A DNA stretch of 64,000 bases from Puniceicoccales bacterium (GTDB taxonomy: Bacteria; Verrucomicrobiota; Verrucomicrobiia; Opitutales; UBA9783), in assembly GCA_031258545.1 (NCBI GenBank), contig JAIRMU010000018.1, positions 6,303 to 70,302 of the forward strand, written 5' to 3'. Numbering within the stretch: position 1 is the stretch's first letter; each line of letters starts with the position of its first letter. Under the pieces are notes generated by a model. The model searched no databases. It saw only the letters and a program-made list of their open reading frames with translations, and was not told the origin of the DNA. Position numbers and translations under genes: made by a program. Positions 9,215 through 18,278 of this stretch are shown here, piece by piece.

Positions 9215-10464
9215 TTGCAACTTTAATAGGCATTGCCTTGGGCATCCTTTTGGCTTACATATTCTGGAGAGAACGTATTACCAAAGGTGCCCTCTATGAC
9301 CAAAAAAACATAGATTGCATCAAGTTGGAAAGCGTTTGCGAAGCCGAAAAGATCCTCAGTCAAACGTACAAGCAACAATTGGATGCCATACAAGAACATC
9401 TGCCACAGCAATTTAAACATGTTTCCCTGGAATTGTTTAAAGAAAATGCGCAAACCTTTATGCATTTGGCGGAAGAGGGCATGAAAAAATGTGCCGCCGA
9501 GGCCAAAGAAGCGCTCGGAGGGCAAAGGCTACTGCTTGAAAAAACATTAGATCCCATCAAAGAAGGCCTAAAAGATTTTTCCGAAAAGCTAGATTGTTTT
9601 GAACACAACCGACTGCAAACGCATTCAAGTCTCAAAGAACATCTCGAGAATCTCAATCAAATGCAGTTGCGCTTGGAAAGTAAAACAGAACTCCTATCGC
9701 GGGCTTTGTGTAATTCCAATACGCGCGGTCATTGGGGAGAAATGCAGTTGCGTCGAGTCGTCGAAACGGCGGGCATGATTGAATACGTCGATTTCAACGT
9801 ACAACAGACCATCCACAACGGTTTATTGCGTCCCGATATGCTGATACATCTACCCAACCAACGTACCGTCATCGTGGATGCCAAAACACCCCAGTGGGAT
9901 AACTTTTTAACGGCTGTTCAAGGTACAAATAACGAAACAGACACCGATAAGGAACTTAAAAATTGTTGTCAGCGCATTCGAGATTTAATCGCAAAACTGG
10001 GAACGAAATCCTACGACAATTTCTTGGATCAATCCGCCGATTTTGTAGTTCTATTTTTTCCGGGTGAATGGATTTTTAGTCGTGCGCTGCAAATGGATGC
10101 TTCTCTCATCGAATACGCCTGTTACCACAACGTCGTATTCGCAACCCCTACCACGCTCATCGCTTTACTAAAAGCCGTACATTATGGTTGGCGTCAAAAT
10201 AAAATGCTTGAAGACATCAAAGAAATCGGAGCTTTGGGCAATGAATTATATGAACGCATGTTAACGTTCGGCAATTATTTTCAAGATTTACGCAAAAATT
10301 TGTCAAAAACGGTCGAAAGCTACAACCAACTCCTAGGCTCTTTGGAAGCACGTGTCTTGCCTTCCGCAAAGAAACTCAACGCCTTTGCCAAAAAAAATGT
10401 AGCATTTGAGCTTCCTGCCCCCATCGAAGAAGACCTCAGAAATAGCCAATGCGTGCAACATTAA
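9208..10464 (+). CDS. rmuC: DNA recombination protein RmuC
   Basis: It has an N-terminal TM helix, a long coiled coil, then the RmuC nuclease-like core GHWGEMQLRRVVE ... DMLIHLPNQRTVIVDAK ... FVVLFFPGE. Confidence 0.85.
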   Translation: MLVATLIGIALGILLAYIFWRERITKGALYDQKNIDCIKLESVCEAEKILSQTYKQQLDAIQEHLPQQFKHVSLELFKENAQTFMHLAEEGMKKCAAEAKEALGGQRLLLEKTLDPIKEGLKDFSEKLDCFEHNRLQTHSSLKEHLENLNQMQLRLESKTELLSRALCNSNTRGHWGEMQLRRVVETAGMIEYVDFNVQQTIHNGLLRPDMLIHLPNQRTVIVDAKTPQWDNFLTAVQGTNNETDTDKELKNCCQRIRDLIAKLGTKSYDNFLDQSADFVVLFFPGEWIFSRALQMDASLIEYACYHNVVFATPTTLIALLKAVHYGWRQNKMLEDIKEIGALGNELYERMLTFGNYFQDLRKNLSKTVESYNQLLGSLEARVLPSAKKLNAFAKKNVAFELPAPIEEDLRNSQCVQH

Positions 10465-10701
10465 CCCTTGACAGGCATAACCCAAAAAGGCTTAAGGGGA
10501 TGCTTGTGTACACAATCGGAGACTCGTTCTCACATCTATCACATAGTCTATTATTTTTCTCCAACCAGATTATCCACAGAATAAAAACTTACGACTGCAG
10601 GTCAAAAGACAATTGCTTTTTACCCTAAAGAGGCGCTAGACGAAAAATGGCTTGAGCAAAATACAAGCGTGGTCCTTGTCTTGTGAAATGGCTTATTGTT
10701 T

Positions 10702-10766
10702 CCATCTACGCACATACCTAATGTAGATGGAGATGAACCTGCATCATTTCGCAATGTTTCATCTCC
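10702..10766 (+). other. Two abutting stem-loops in the leader of the prepilin peptidase gene
   Basis: CCATCTAC (10702-09) pairs with GTAGATGG (10723-30) as an 8-bp stem. GGAGATGAA (10729-37) pairs with TTCATCTCC (10758-66) as a 9-bp stem. The two stems share the GG at 10729-30, so they partly exclude each other. Confidence 0.4.
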
Positions 10767-10823
10767 AAAGCCTTGCTTTCGTTGGCAGATCTGTTTAACT
10801 TGGCATAACAAGTTTCAATATTT

Positions 10824-11657
10824 ATGACGACCTTACCTGCGAGTCTATCATTGTTAGTCTACTTTATCTCGGGTGCCATCGTGGGAAGTTTTCTCAACGT
10901 ATGCATATTACGCTTGCCCGGCCACCGATCCATCGTAAAGCCGCGCTCCAAATGTTACCATTGCTCGAAACCTATCCCTTGGTTTTACAATATTCCAATT
11001 CTAACATGGTTTTGGCTAAGAGGAAAAACGGCCTGCTGCCGTAAGCGTTTGCCCATACGCTATCCGCTTGTGGAATGTTTAACCGGGTTACTTGCCGTTG
11101 TCGTCGGTTTGTACGTGCACACGGCTCCCATTGCAATATTCACCCTCGCTTGTTTACTTTTGGTGGCTTTTTTTACAGATGTTGACACGATGCTTATTCC
11201 GGATGAAATCACGTTAGGTGGTATAGTTGTAGGATGTCTTTTTTGTTTCTTTTATCCGGAACTGCAACGTGCGCCGACACCTCTCATGGGTATGCTTCGA
11301 AGCTTGCAAAACACTTGCCTGGCCATGGGAGGACTTTTTGGATTTGCCAGTTTTGCAGAATTTTTCTTGAAAAAAGAAGCCATGGGCTTGGGGGACGTAA
11401 AATTGTTAGGTTGCATCGGCGCCTTCTGCGGATGGGAAACGTGCTGTTTTGCAATTTTTTTTGGTGCAACATTGGGAACGTGCTTTTTTGTCATCGTAGC
11501 ACTTATTCAAAGATTTAAAGGGAAACGTGTACATCTCATGCATAAAATGATTCCTTTCGGCCCTTTCATTGTTGTGGCTACCTTGTGCGACGTGCTCGTG
11601 GAACCTCACCTTTCGGAAAAATATGTGTCGTTCATACTCTTGGAAAAAATGATGTAA
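10824..11657 (+). CDS. pilD: Prepilin (type 4) leader peptidase / N-methyltransferase, A24 family
   Basis: The N-terminal Cys motif is CYHCSKPIPWFYNIPILTWFWLRGKTACC. The two catalytic Asp contexts are FFTDVDTMLIPDE and MGLGDVKLLG. The protein is polytopic. Confidence 0.9.
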   Translation: MTTLPASLSLLVYFISGAIVGSFLNVCILRLPGHRSIVKPRSKCYHCSKPIPWFYNIPILTWFWLRGKTACCRKRLPIRYPLVECLTGLLAVVVGLYVHTAPIAIFTLACLLLVAFFTDVDTMLIPDEITLGGIVVGCLFCFFYPELQRAPTPLMGMLRSLQNTCLAMGGLFGFASFAEFFLKKEAMGLGDVKLLGCIGAFCGWETCCFAIFFGATLGTCFFVIVALIQRFKGKRVHLMHKMIPFGPFIVVATLCDVLVEPHLSEKYVSFILLEKMM

Positions 11658-12055
11658 TGAGATGCACGCTACCTTCTCAAGGTATTACGCTATGTGAAAT
11701 GTGCCTTGCTCTGTTACTATTGAGCATAAGTGTTGGTGTTTTCTCCAGAATATACGCACTCCATCAACAACAAAATACGTGCATACATGAAATGCAACTT
11801 ATTCCCCTCTACGTGGACACATTTGAATTCTTTGCCCATCAAAAGCAAGAGAATATGCTGGGTGATTGGTTTGCCTGCCAGGAGCTGCATTCCAAACAAC
11901 GCATTTTTACACGCAACATTCCCAACGATGTCATTTGCCAATTTATCTTTAGGGTGTCATTGGCGCCGGTTTTTTCTTCAAAAGCTTTCGAGATTCAAAT
12001 ATTTTCCATGCGTTCTAAACAAAAGCTTTTCACCTACGTTAGAGAGAATTTTTAA
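11657..12055 (+). CDS. Pseudopilin / minor pilin-like protein with class III signal peptide
   Basis: MRCTLPSQG|ITLCEMCLALLLLSISVGVF has a basic leader, Gly at -1 and Glu at +5. Its start overlaps the peptidase stop as TAATG. I trimmed it from track ORF 11585-12055. Confidence 0.55.
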   Translation: MRCTLPSQGITLCEMCLALLLLSISVGVFSRIYALHQQQNTCIHEMQLIPLYVDTFEFFAHQKQENMLGDWFACQELHSKQRIFTRNIPNDVICQFIFRVSLAPVFSSKAFEIQIFSMRSKQKLFTYVRENF

Positions 12056-12246
12056 TCTGTAACTTCCTGTACTATTTCTGGGTGCATTTCAATTGTGGAT
12101 CCGACGTCACAGTGTAAGTTGGGGCTTATCGTGGAACATCTCTCAAAAAACTTTAGAACGTAACGTGTGCGGACTTCACAACAATTTTTGTTAAAAAATG
12201 GCTCGCTTCTTTTATTTAAAATGACATTACTTATCGCATTCTACAT

Positions 12247-13197
12247 ATGCAGCAATCTCACCGTCGGCTTCTCGTCATCAAACCCTCTTCTTTGGGTGAT
12301 ATTATTCAAACGCTACAGGTCGTCGAGGGCGCTTATCGCATATTGCAGAAAAAAGGTATTTTTTTAGAAATACATTGGATTGTGCGCGACTGTTTTCGTG
12401 ATCTACTTGCCCTATCTCCCATTATAAAACAATTGTTCATCTTCAAGAGATACGGAGGCATACGTGCTTTTATTCGACTGATGCGAGAAGTACGTTTGCA
12501 CAATTACGATTATATTTTAGATTTTCAAGGGCTTTTGCGATCGGGTCTCATGACATTCTTTGCCAAAGGTGCTTGCAAAATCGGAAGAACGGATGCAAGG
12601 GAAGGGGCCTCATGGTTTTACCAAAAACGCTGCTTCCCTCAAATCAAGGATCCACATGCCGTAGAAATTTTAAAGTCTCTCTGCAACATCTTTGATATCG
12701 ATGCAACCCCCCAACGTCCGCTTACTTTTTCTCCTGTGCCTTTACCGGAAAGTTTAAGAGAAAAATCCTACGTTGCCATTTTCCCAAGCAGTCGTGCATC
12801 GGTTAAAGAGTGGCCCCACTTTTTGGAATACGCACGTAATATATTGGAACAAACCAATATGTTTTGCGTATGGTTGGATCAAAATGAATCCTCTAAGGCA
12901 GCGCATCTTCAACACGATCGCTTCATTTACCTTGCCGGGAAAACATCCATCGAAGCTTTGCCAACCATTATTCAAAATGCCCAATGCGTGGTGGCCAACG
13001 ACAGTGGTCCCCTCCACTTGGCAGCCGCACTTTGTAAACCACTCGTTGGAATTTATGGTCCCACGGACTACAAGCGCTATGGACCTTATCCCATTGATGA
13101 TCCACAACACGGCATCTTTCAGGCTCCGTATGGAGGTCTCGGTCAAATTACGGTGCAATCCGTCGTAAAAACTACCCTACGCATGCTCAAACTATAA
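12247..13197 (+). CDS. Glycosyltransferase family 9 (LPS heptosyltransferase-like)
   Basis: The N-terminus RLLVIKPSSLGDIIQTL and C-terminal VVANDSGPLHLAAALCKPLVGIYGPT match the GT9 pattern. Confidence 0.8.
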   Translation: MQQSHRRLLVIKPSSLGDIIQTLQVVEGAYRILQKKGIFLEIHWIVRDCFRDLLALSPIIKQLFIFKRYGGIRAFIRLMREVRLHNYDYILDFQGLLRSGLMTFFAKGACKIGRTDAREGASWFYQKRCFPQIKDPHAVEILKSLCNIFDIDATPQRPLTFSPVPLPESLREKSYVAIFPSSRASVKEWPHFLEYARNILEQTNMFCVWLDQNESSKAAHLQHDRFIYLAGKTSIEALPTIIQNAQCVVANDSGPLHLAAALCKPLVGIYGPTDYKRYGPYPIDDPQHGIFQAPYGGLGQITVQSVVKTTLRMLKL

Positions 13198-13475
13198 TCT
13201 GCATGACATCGTGTGCAGTAGGGTGGCACCGATTGGGATTTATGACAGCCACATGGGGGATGTTGGATAAATCCTGAGGCATCCGGTAATCCCAAATTGG
13301 CGTTTTTTTGAATTCACAAAATTTTTTAACTTCAAAATTTTTTCTAAAAAACAGACGCATTTGCGAAGGATGAAGTTATGTAAAAGGGGTTTTTAAACGT
13401 GCAATCGCCTACCCAAAGCAGTCTTTCATTACTTTTTACTTTTCTTCTAAAAATAAAAGCTTAGATTTTTGGACT

Positions 13476-13766
13476 ATGGATTACGGTTGGTTATTTTTTA
13501 GTGTTTTGTTGGCCAGTTTACTCGGATTTGAACTCATTGCCAAAGTTCCGTCACAATTGCACACCCCCCTCATGTCGGGTACAAATGCAATTTCCGGCAT
13601 CACCTTAATTGGAGCATTGGTTGTCTTGTCGCAAGCGCACAGCGGGTATTTACTATTCTTAGGTTACGCAGGTGTATTTTTTGCCACCATTAACATTGTT
13701 GGAGGTTACTGGGTCACCGATCGCATGCTCAAAATGTTCAATTTAAAAAATAACCGCAAGCATTAA
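13476..13766 (+). CDS. pntA: NAD(P) transhydrogenase alpha subunit part 2 (membrane PntAB)
   Basis: This 96-aa three-helix membrane protein reads LHTPLMSGTNAISGITLIGAL ... INIVGGYWVTDRMLKMF and lies immediately upstream of pntB. Confidence 0.85.
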   Translation: MDYGWLFFSVLLASLLGFELIAKVPSQLHTPLMSGTNAISGITLIGALVVLSQAHSGYLLFLGYAGVFFATINIVGGYWVTDRMLKMFNLKNNRKH

Positions 13767-13769
13767 ATC

Positions 13770-15158
13770 GTGAATGCCTCATTTCTTTACATTATAGCCG
13801 CACTTCTGTTCATTAGGGGCATTAAGCTTTTGGGCAAAGTCCACACGGCACGTTTGGGAAATATTATTTCTGCGGTTGGCATGATCGTAGCCATCTTTGC
13901 CACCATCACCGAATTCCCTCTGCAAAACATCACAATTACCTTTATCGTCACTTTGTTGGGAGCCTATGTGGGATTGTGGATGGCCATCCGAGTGCCCATG
14001 ACTGCCATGCCAGAAATGGTGGCTTTGTTTAACGGATTTGGAGGGCTGGCAAGCGTATTTATCGGTATGGTGGAAGGCATTAAATTAAGTCAATTCCCGG
14101 CCGAATATTTTGACTTTTCCCTACACTTTTCCCAAGTAGCCGTTTGCCTTACGGTGTTTATTGGCGGTATTACATTTACGGGGAGCTTGCTTGCCTACGG
14201 CAAGTTGAGCCAAAAAATTTCAGGGGCCTCCATCTGCTTTTGCGGACAAAAGTATTACAATGCGGGTCTTGGTATTCTATCCGCCATTGCCGGTTGGCAT
14301 TGGTTAACGTCTCACGATACCGTAAGTTTCTATGGGCTTATTATTTTAAGTCTATGCGGCGGCATTCTTTGCCTACTCCACATTGGCGGCGGCGACATGC
14401 CCGTCATCATTGCACTTTTAAACAGTTTATCGGGTGTCGCCGCCTGCACCGCGGGCCTCATTATCCTCAATAAAGTGCTCATCGTGGCCGGATGTTTGGT
14501 GGGCATGAGCGGACTTATCCTAACAATGATCATGTGCAAATCCATGAATCGTTCCCTAAAAAAGGTCCTGTTGGGGGGCTTTCAGCTTAAGCATGCACAA
14601 TCCTTGCAACCGGAGGATGTTGAACCTAAAACAACGTCCATTGCAGATGCCTACTATATCCTAGAATCCGCACGCACGATTGCCGTTGTTCCGGGATATG
14701 GGATGGCGGTTGCTCAAGCGCAGCACGCCGTCAAAGATTTTGCACACAGATTGCAAGCCAATGGGACGGAAGTCTTTTATGCCATTCATCCGGTTGCCGG
14801 ACGTATGCCGGGGCATATGAATGTGCTGTTGGCGGAAGCGGATGTCGATTACGATCAACTCATCGAGCTGGAATCCGCCAACGAACGCATGGGTGGTACG
14901 GATGTCGCCATTGTCATTGGTGCCAATGATGTTGTCAATCCAGCAGCCGTCGAAAAGGTAGGATCTCCCATCTATGGAATGCCCATCATAGAAGTTTTCA
15001 AGGCCAAAACGGTCTTTGTTCTCAAACGCGGTAAGGGCAAAGGATTTTCCGGACTCGAAAACGCTTTATTCACCAAAGAGAACACCTGGATGATTTACGG
15101 TGACGCAAAGGCAACGTTAATGCAATGGGTAGCTGAATTTAAAAATGTCGATGAATAA
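13770..15158 (+). CDS. pntB: NAD(P) transhydrogenase beta subunit PntB
   Basis: It uses a GTG start. The polytopic N-terminal half is followed by the dIII NADP(H) domain: [42 protein letters not shown]. Confidence 0.95.
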   Translation: MNASFLYIIAALLFIRGIKLLGKVHTARLGNIISAVGMIVAIFATITEFPLQNITITFIVTLLGAYVGLWMAIRVPMTAMPEMVALFNGFGGLASVFIGMVEGIKLSQFPAEYFDFSLHFSQVAVCLTVFIGGITFTGSLLAYGKLSQKISGASICFCGQKYYNAGLGILSAIAGWHWLTSHDTVSFYGLIILSLCGGILCLLHIGGGDMPVIIALLNSLSGVAACTAGLIILNKVLIVAGCLVGMSGLILTMIMCKSMNRSLKKVLLGGFQLKHAQSLQPEDVEPKTTSIADAYYILESARTIAVVPGYGMAVAQAQHAVKDFAHRLQANGTEVFYAIHPVAGRMPGHMNVLLAEADVDYDQLIELESANERMGGTDVAIVIGANDVVNPAAVEKVGSPIYGMPIIEVFKAKTVFVLKRGKGKGFSGLENALFTKENTWMIYGDAKATLMQWVAEFKNVDE

Positions 15159-16176
15159 GCCATCCACAAAGCTCAATCAAGCCAATTTATCGGAAGCAAT
15201 CTCGTTGCGACCTTTGTCTTTTTCAGATTTCATTGGACAATCCAAGACATTGGAACGATTAAAAATTATGGTCGGCGCTGCCCGCCAACGGAAGGATGCC
15301 CTCAATCACATCTTAATCAGCGGCCCTCCCGGTCTCGGTAAGACGACGCTGGCCCACATTTTGGGAAATGAAATGCAAGTGCACGTACACATTTCATCGG
15401 GTCCCGTGATAGAAAAAGCAGCCGACTTGGCAGGATTGCTCACCAATTTAGAAATCAATGACATTTTATTCATCGACGAAATTCATCGAATTCCGAAAGC
15501 CGTGGAAGAATACCTTTATTCGGCCATGGAAGATTTTCGCATCGATGTTATGATTGATCAGGGTCCCAATGCACGCAGCGTACGCTTATCCATTCCCAAA
15601 TTTACGCTCATTGGAGCCACAACGCGTGTAGGCTTGTTGACGGCCCCCCTACGCAGTCGATTCACACTGCAAACGCGTTTAGATCATTACGAATGTCAAG
15701 ATTTATCTAAAATTGTTGCAAGAACCGCTCAAATTTTGGCCATCCAATTGACCGAAACGGGGGCCAAAGAAATTGCATCTCGATCGAGAGGAACCCCGCG
15801 TATTGCCAATAATTTAGTTCATTTCGTCAGAGATTACGCTTCTCAAAAAAATAATGCAGTCATTGATAGGCAAGTGGCTTCGGCGGCCCTGCATCTGCTG
15901 GATATAGACGAATGTGGATTGGATGAGATGGATAAAAGAATTTTATCGACCTTGGCGAATAGCTTTCAAGGAGGCCCCGCAGGTGTTCACACGCTGGCCG
16001 TCGCCATTGGTGAGCAGGCAGATACGTTGGAAGAAGTCCATGAACCTTTTCTCATTCAAGAGGGATATTTGCAAAGAACACCTCAGGGACGCCAATTGAC
16101 CGCTAAGGGTTGGCAGGCAATTTCGATGCAAGTACCGCAGCGAGATTTACAGTTGGAACATCCCGTGGTAGGATAG
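15145..16176 (+). CDS. ruvB: Holliday junction branch migration ATPase RuvB
   Basis: Motifs are [25 protein letters not shown] and [11 protein letters not shown]. The gene overlaps the pntB stop by 14 nt. Confidence 0.95.
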   Translation: MSMNKPSTKLNQANLSEAISLRPLSFSDFIGQSKTLERLKIMVGAARQRKDALNHILISGPPGLGKTTLAHILGNEMQVHVHISSGPVIEKAADLAGLLTNLEINDILFIDEIHRIPKAVEEYLYSAMEDFRIDVMIDQGPNARSVRLSIPKFTLIGATTRVGLLTAPLRSRFTLQTRLDHYECQDLSKIVARTAQILAIQLTETGAKEIASRSRGTPRIANNLVHFVRDYASQKNNAVIDRQVASAALHLLDIDECGLDEMDKRILSTLANSFQGGPAGVHTLAVAIGEQADTLEEVHEPFLIQEGYLQRTPQGRQLTAKGWQAISMQVPQRDLQLEHPVVG

Positions 16177-16479
16177 TGGATATTTATGTGGGCGTGGGTA
16201 AAGATGGGTTATCTAATATGGCTTTGCTTGTATATCCCTGAAAGTAGCGTCAAGCAACTTGCGCAGGAAAACGTTTAACCACGGTGTTACTTCCCAAGCT
16301 TGACGGATGTTTATTTGAAGTTATCCCAGAGCGTAACAAAATATGGGTGGAACAATGGACATTTAGGTAGGCGTGAGTAAAGGACCCCTTGGCAGAGCAG
16401 CGAAATATTATGTAAAGAGTATGAGCTATTAATTGTTACCAAGTTGTGTATAATCCGTGCCTTGGGTTTTGATATAATT

Positions 16480-16829
16480 GGATATTACTTGCTCATTGCC
16501 ACATAGTTACGAAATATTCACTCGTCCCAAAAGCACCACTCGCAGTTGTTTCTTTATCCAGGACAACGTTTAAAAATTTCTTTCGCCCTAATACTTTTGA
16601 TAATCGTAACCCATTTCGTCGCGCCGTAAACCGGGCTACTTTGCACATGACATTTATCACTACCCATTTCCCAAAAATGCACTTCGTAAGGCGCTGCCAT
16701 CCCTTTGCGTATGCTCACACACCCTGTTTCAATTTTTTTGAACAACACCGTTTGGCGGTATTTAGCAGCCAAGACAATAGTATAAATTAATACACTTACA
16801 TTGTGGCTCTTGTACAAATACTCGCTCAC
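16480..16829 (-). pseudogene. Decayed IS200/IS605-family TnpA (Y1/HUH transposase or RAYT-like) gene
   Basis: The ORF 16554-16829 reads YKSHNVSVLIYTIVLAAKYRQ ... GSDKCHVQSS ... IKSIRAKEIFKRCP. This compares with canonical H..w.l.YHiVf.tKYR ... DHVHLL ... lK..ss..l...fP. Past the stop the same frame continues as NNCEWCFWDE*IFRNYVAMSK*, resembling LWggeFWsdgYFvsTvG. It therefore has in-frame stops and a degenerate HUH motif. Confidence 0.55.
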
Positions 16830-16916
16830 CTTGTTATTCTAGCACACGTCGCAAACGGCGGGGTATTTACCCGCGTTGTATAATGAAAAATACCTGGGAT
16901 TTGCATAGCGCACCAA

Positions 16917-18038
16917 CTACAATATCCATTGGTAAGGGCAACGAGATAATAATTGGCAACCCGTCGAAGTAACTTGGACAACGTCTTCGATGCGAACACC
17001 CCCCCCATCACGAAAGTAGAGGCCGGGTTCAATCGTAAATACCATATTGGGTTCCAATACGACGGCATTGATTCCCACCGAAGGGTATTCGTGCAAGCCC
17101 AAGCCGAGTCCATGTCCTACGCTGTGAATAAAACCTTCGCAAACATCGTTTGTTTTCCGCAGACCAAAACCGTTCTGTTCGAAATAATCTTGCGCGAACT
17201 GCATCAAATCTCTGGTGTTAACGCCGGGCCGAATACGCCCGATAAGTTCCCTTTGACAAGTCTGGACGCACGAAAACAACTGCTTCTGTCGCATGGAGGC
17301 AACACCTTTTAAAAAAGTTCTCGTCATGTCTCCATAATAACCGCTCTGATTCAATCGGGGAAAAACATCTATCACGATGAATTCATTCGCGTACAATGGT
17401 CCCATACCTTCGCAGTGAGGATCCGCTGCCTGTTGGGCACAACTGACAATTGTTCCCGCGCAATATCCTCCTTTCTTTAGGCAATAGCTTTCGATGGCAC
17501 TGCGCAAACGTTCGGAAGTTAATATTTTTCCCCGATAATATAAGAGAGACTGGGTGGTGTCCGCACAACTTTTCTTTAAAATCGCACGTGCATACAAAAT
17601 AGCTTGGCTCGTCAATTGACACGCGGCTTTGATGTGTTCCACTTCAGCTTCCGACTTGAACTGACGTTGTGTCTGAAAATAATCTGTATCAAATTTTATG
17701 GGAACAAGTTTTTTTAAAGTTTCATACAAATGGGCAGGGAAATCATCCGGAACGATGAAAACAGAAACCCCGTATGCCTTTTGTAGGTACAAAATAATTT
17801 TACAACAATTATCCACAATCGACGGATTCGTAACCGCTTGCAGTATATCCGACCACAGTAGAACTTCGGAAAACGTGCTCTCTTTTTTGCATCGCCCATA
17901 TTCCAATGTAGAAACGACGGCGATGGTTTTTTCATTTATTTTAAGCGCGAAAAATGGGTCTGGCGCCCTAAAGTGCCCCCAGTAGAATAAATTTGGGTCC
18001 CGATCTGAAGACGCGTAAATGAGATAGGCTTCGGTCAT
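16917..18038 (-). CDS. pepP: Xaa-Pro aminopeptidase (M24B family)
   Basis: It has an N-terminal creatinase-like domain plus the M24 core: FIVIDVFPRLNQSGYYGDMTRTF, HSVGHGLGLGLHEYP, VFTIEPGLY, GVRIEDVV. Confidence 0.85.
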   Translation of the reverse strand: MTEAYLIYASSDRDPNLFYWGHFRAPDPFFALKINEKTIAVVSTLEYGRCKKESTFSEVLLWSDILQAVTNPSIVDNCCKIILYLQKAYGVSVFIVPDDFPAHLYETLKKLVPIKFDTDYFQTQRQFKSEAEVEHIKAACQLTSQAILYARAILKKSCADTTQSLLYYRGKILTSERLRSAIESYCLKKGGYCAGTIVSCAQQAADPHCEGMGPLYANEFIVIDVFPRLNQSGYYGDMTRTFLKGVASMRQKQLFSCVQTCQRELIGRIRPGVNTRDLMQFAQDYFEQNGFGLRKTNDVCEGFIHSVGHGLGLGLHEYPSVGINAVVLEPNMVFTIEPGLYFRDGGGVRIEDVVQVTSTGCQLLSRCPYQWIL

Positions 18039-18121
18039 GTAATTTTAGGTTATCCGTCATGAGAAAAAATGCAAGCCATGTTATGGTAAATAGAAACTTA
18101 TGGAATATCCCTCGGGGCCTG

Positions 18122-18162
18122 CAGGTCCGATGGGCCTTACGAGGCCATCGGGAGTTGACCTG
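18122..18162. repeat. GC-rich extended imperfect palindrome between murF and pepP
   Basis: CAGGTC-CGATGGGCC-ttacga-GGCCATCG-ggagtt-GACCTG. The outer 6-bp arms are perfect and the inner 8-9-bp arms have one bulge. No U-tract follows on the transcribed (minus) strand. Confidence 0.5.
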
Positions 18163-18278
18163 TGCATCTTGTCATCCTTGATGTGCAACATAACAAAATA
18201 TATATTGCAGCCCAGTCAATGTCTACGCTGCGGACAAAGTAACTCGGTATCCAATAATATTTTTCTCCCAAAATACCT

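Noticed and set aside
10570-10578. Perfect DnaA-box 9-mer TTATCCACA in the rmuC-pilD spacer, with a second perfect copy (reverse orientation) at 49346-49354. Considered as a possible oriC, given that dnaN is in the window.
   Set aside because: There are only two isolated copies in 64 kb on both strands, which is about what chance predicts. There is no cluster, no adjacent AT-rich unwinding repeats, no dnaA gene, and none upstream of dnaN.
12167-12367. 66-aa ORF upstream of and overlapping the heptosyltransferase start.
   Set aside because: It is out of frame with the GT9 gene, whose N-terminal LLVIKPSSLGDI motif begins right after the ATG at 12247. No support.
15145-15158. 14-nt overlap of pntB and ruvB, considered as a sign of a fused or frameshifted gene.
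   Set aside because: Both proteins are full length with normal termini. This is simply a compact junction of functionally unrelated genes.
16186-16385. Imperfect 15-nt direct repeat, gggcgtgggtaaaga (near 16190) and aggcgtgagtaaagg (near 16368), next to the IS200-like relic. Considered as possible element ends.
   Set aside because: Only 12 of 15 positions match, and no associated subterminal hairpins are seen. That is too weak to call without genome-wide copies.
16826-17113. 95-aa minus-strand ORF overlapping the 3' end of pepP and the IS relic flank.
   Set aside because: It is out of frame with the well-supported pepP C-terminus (GVRIEDVV...) and has no motif. Spurious.
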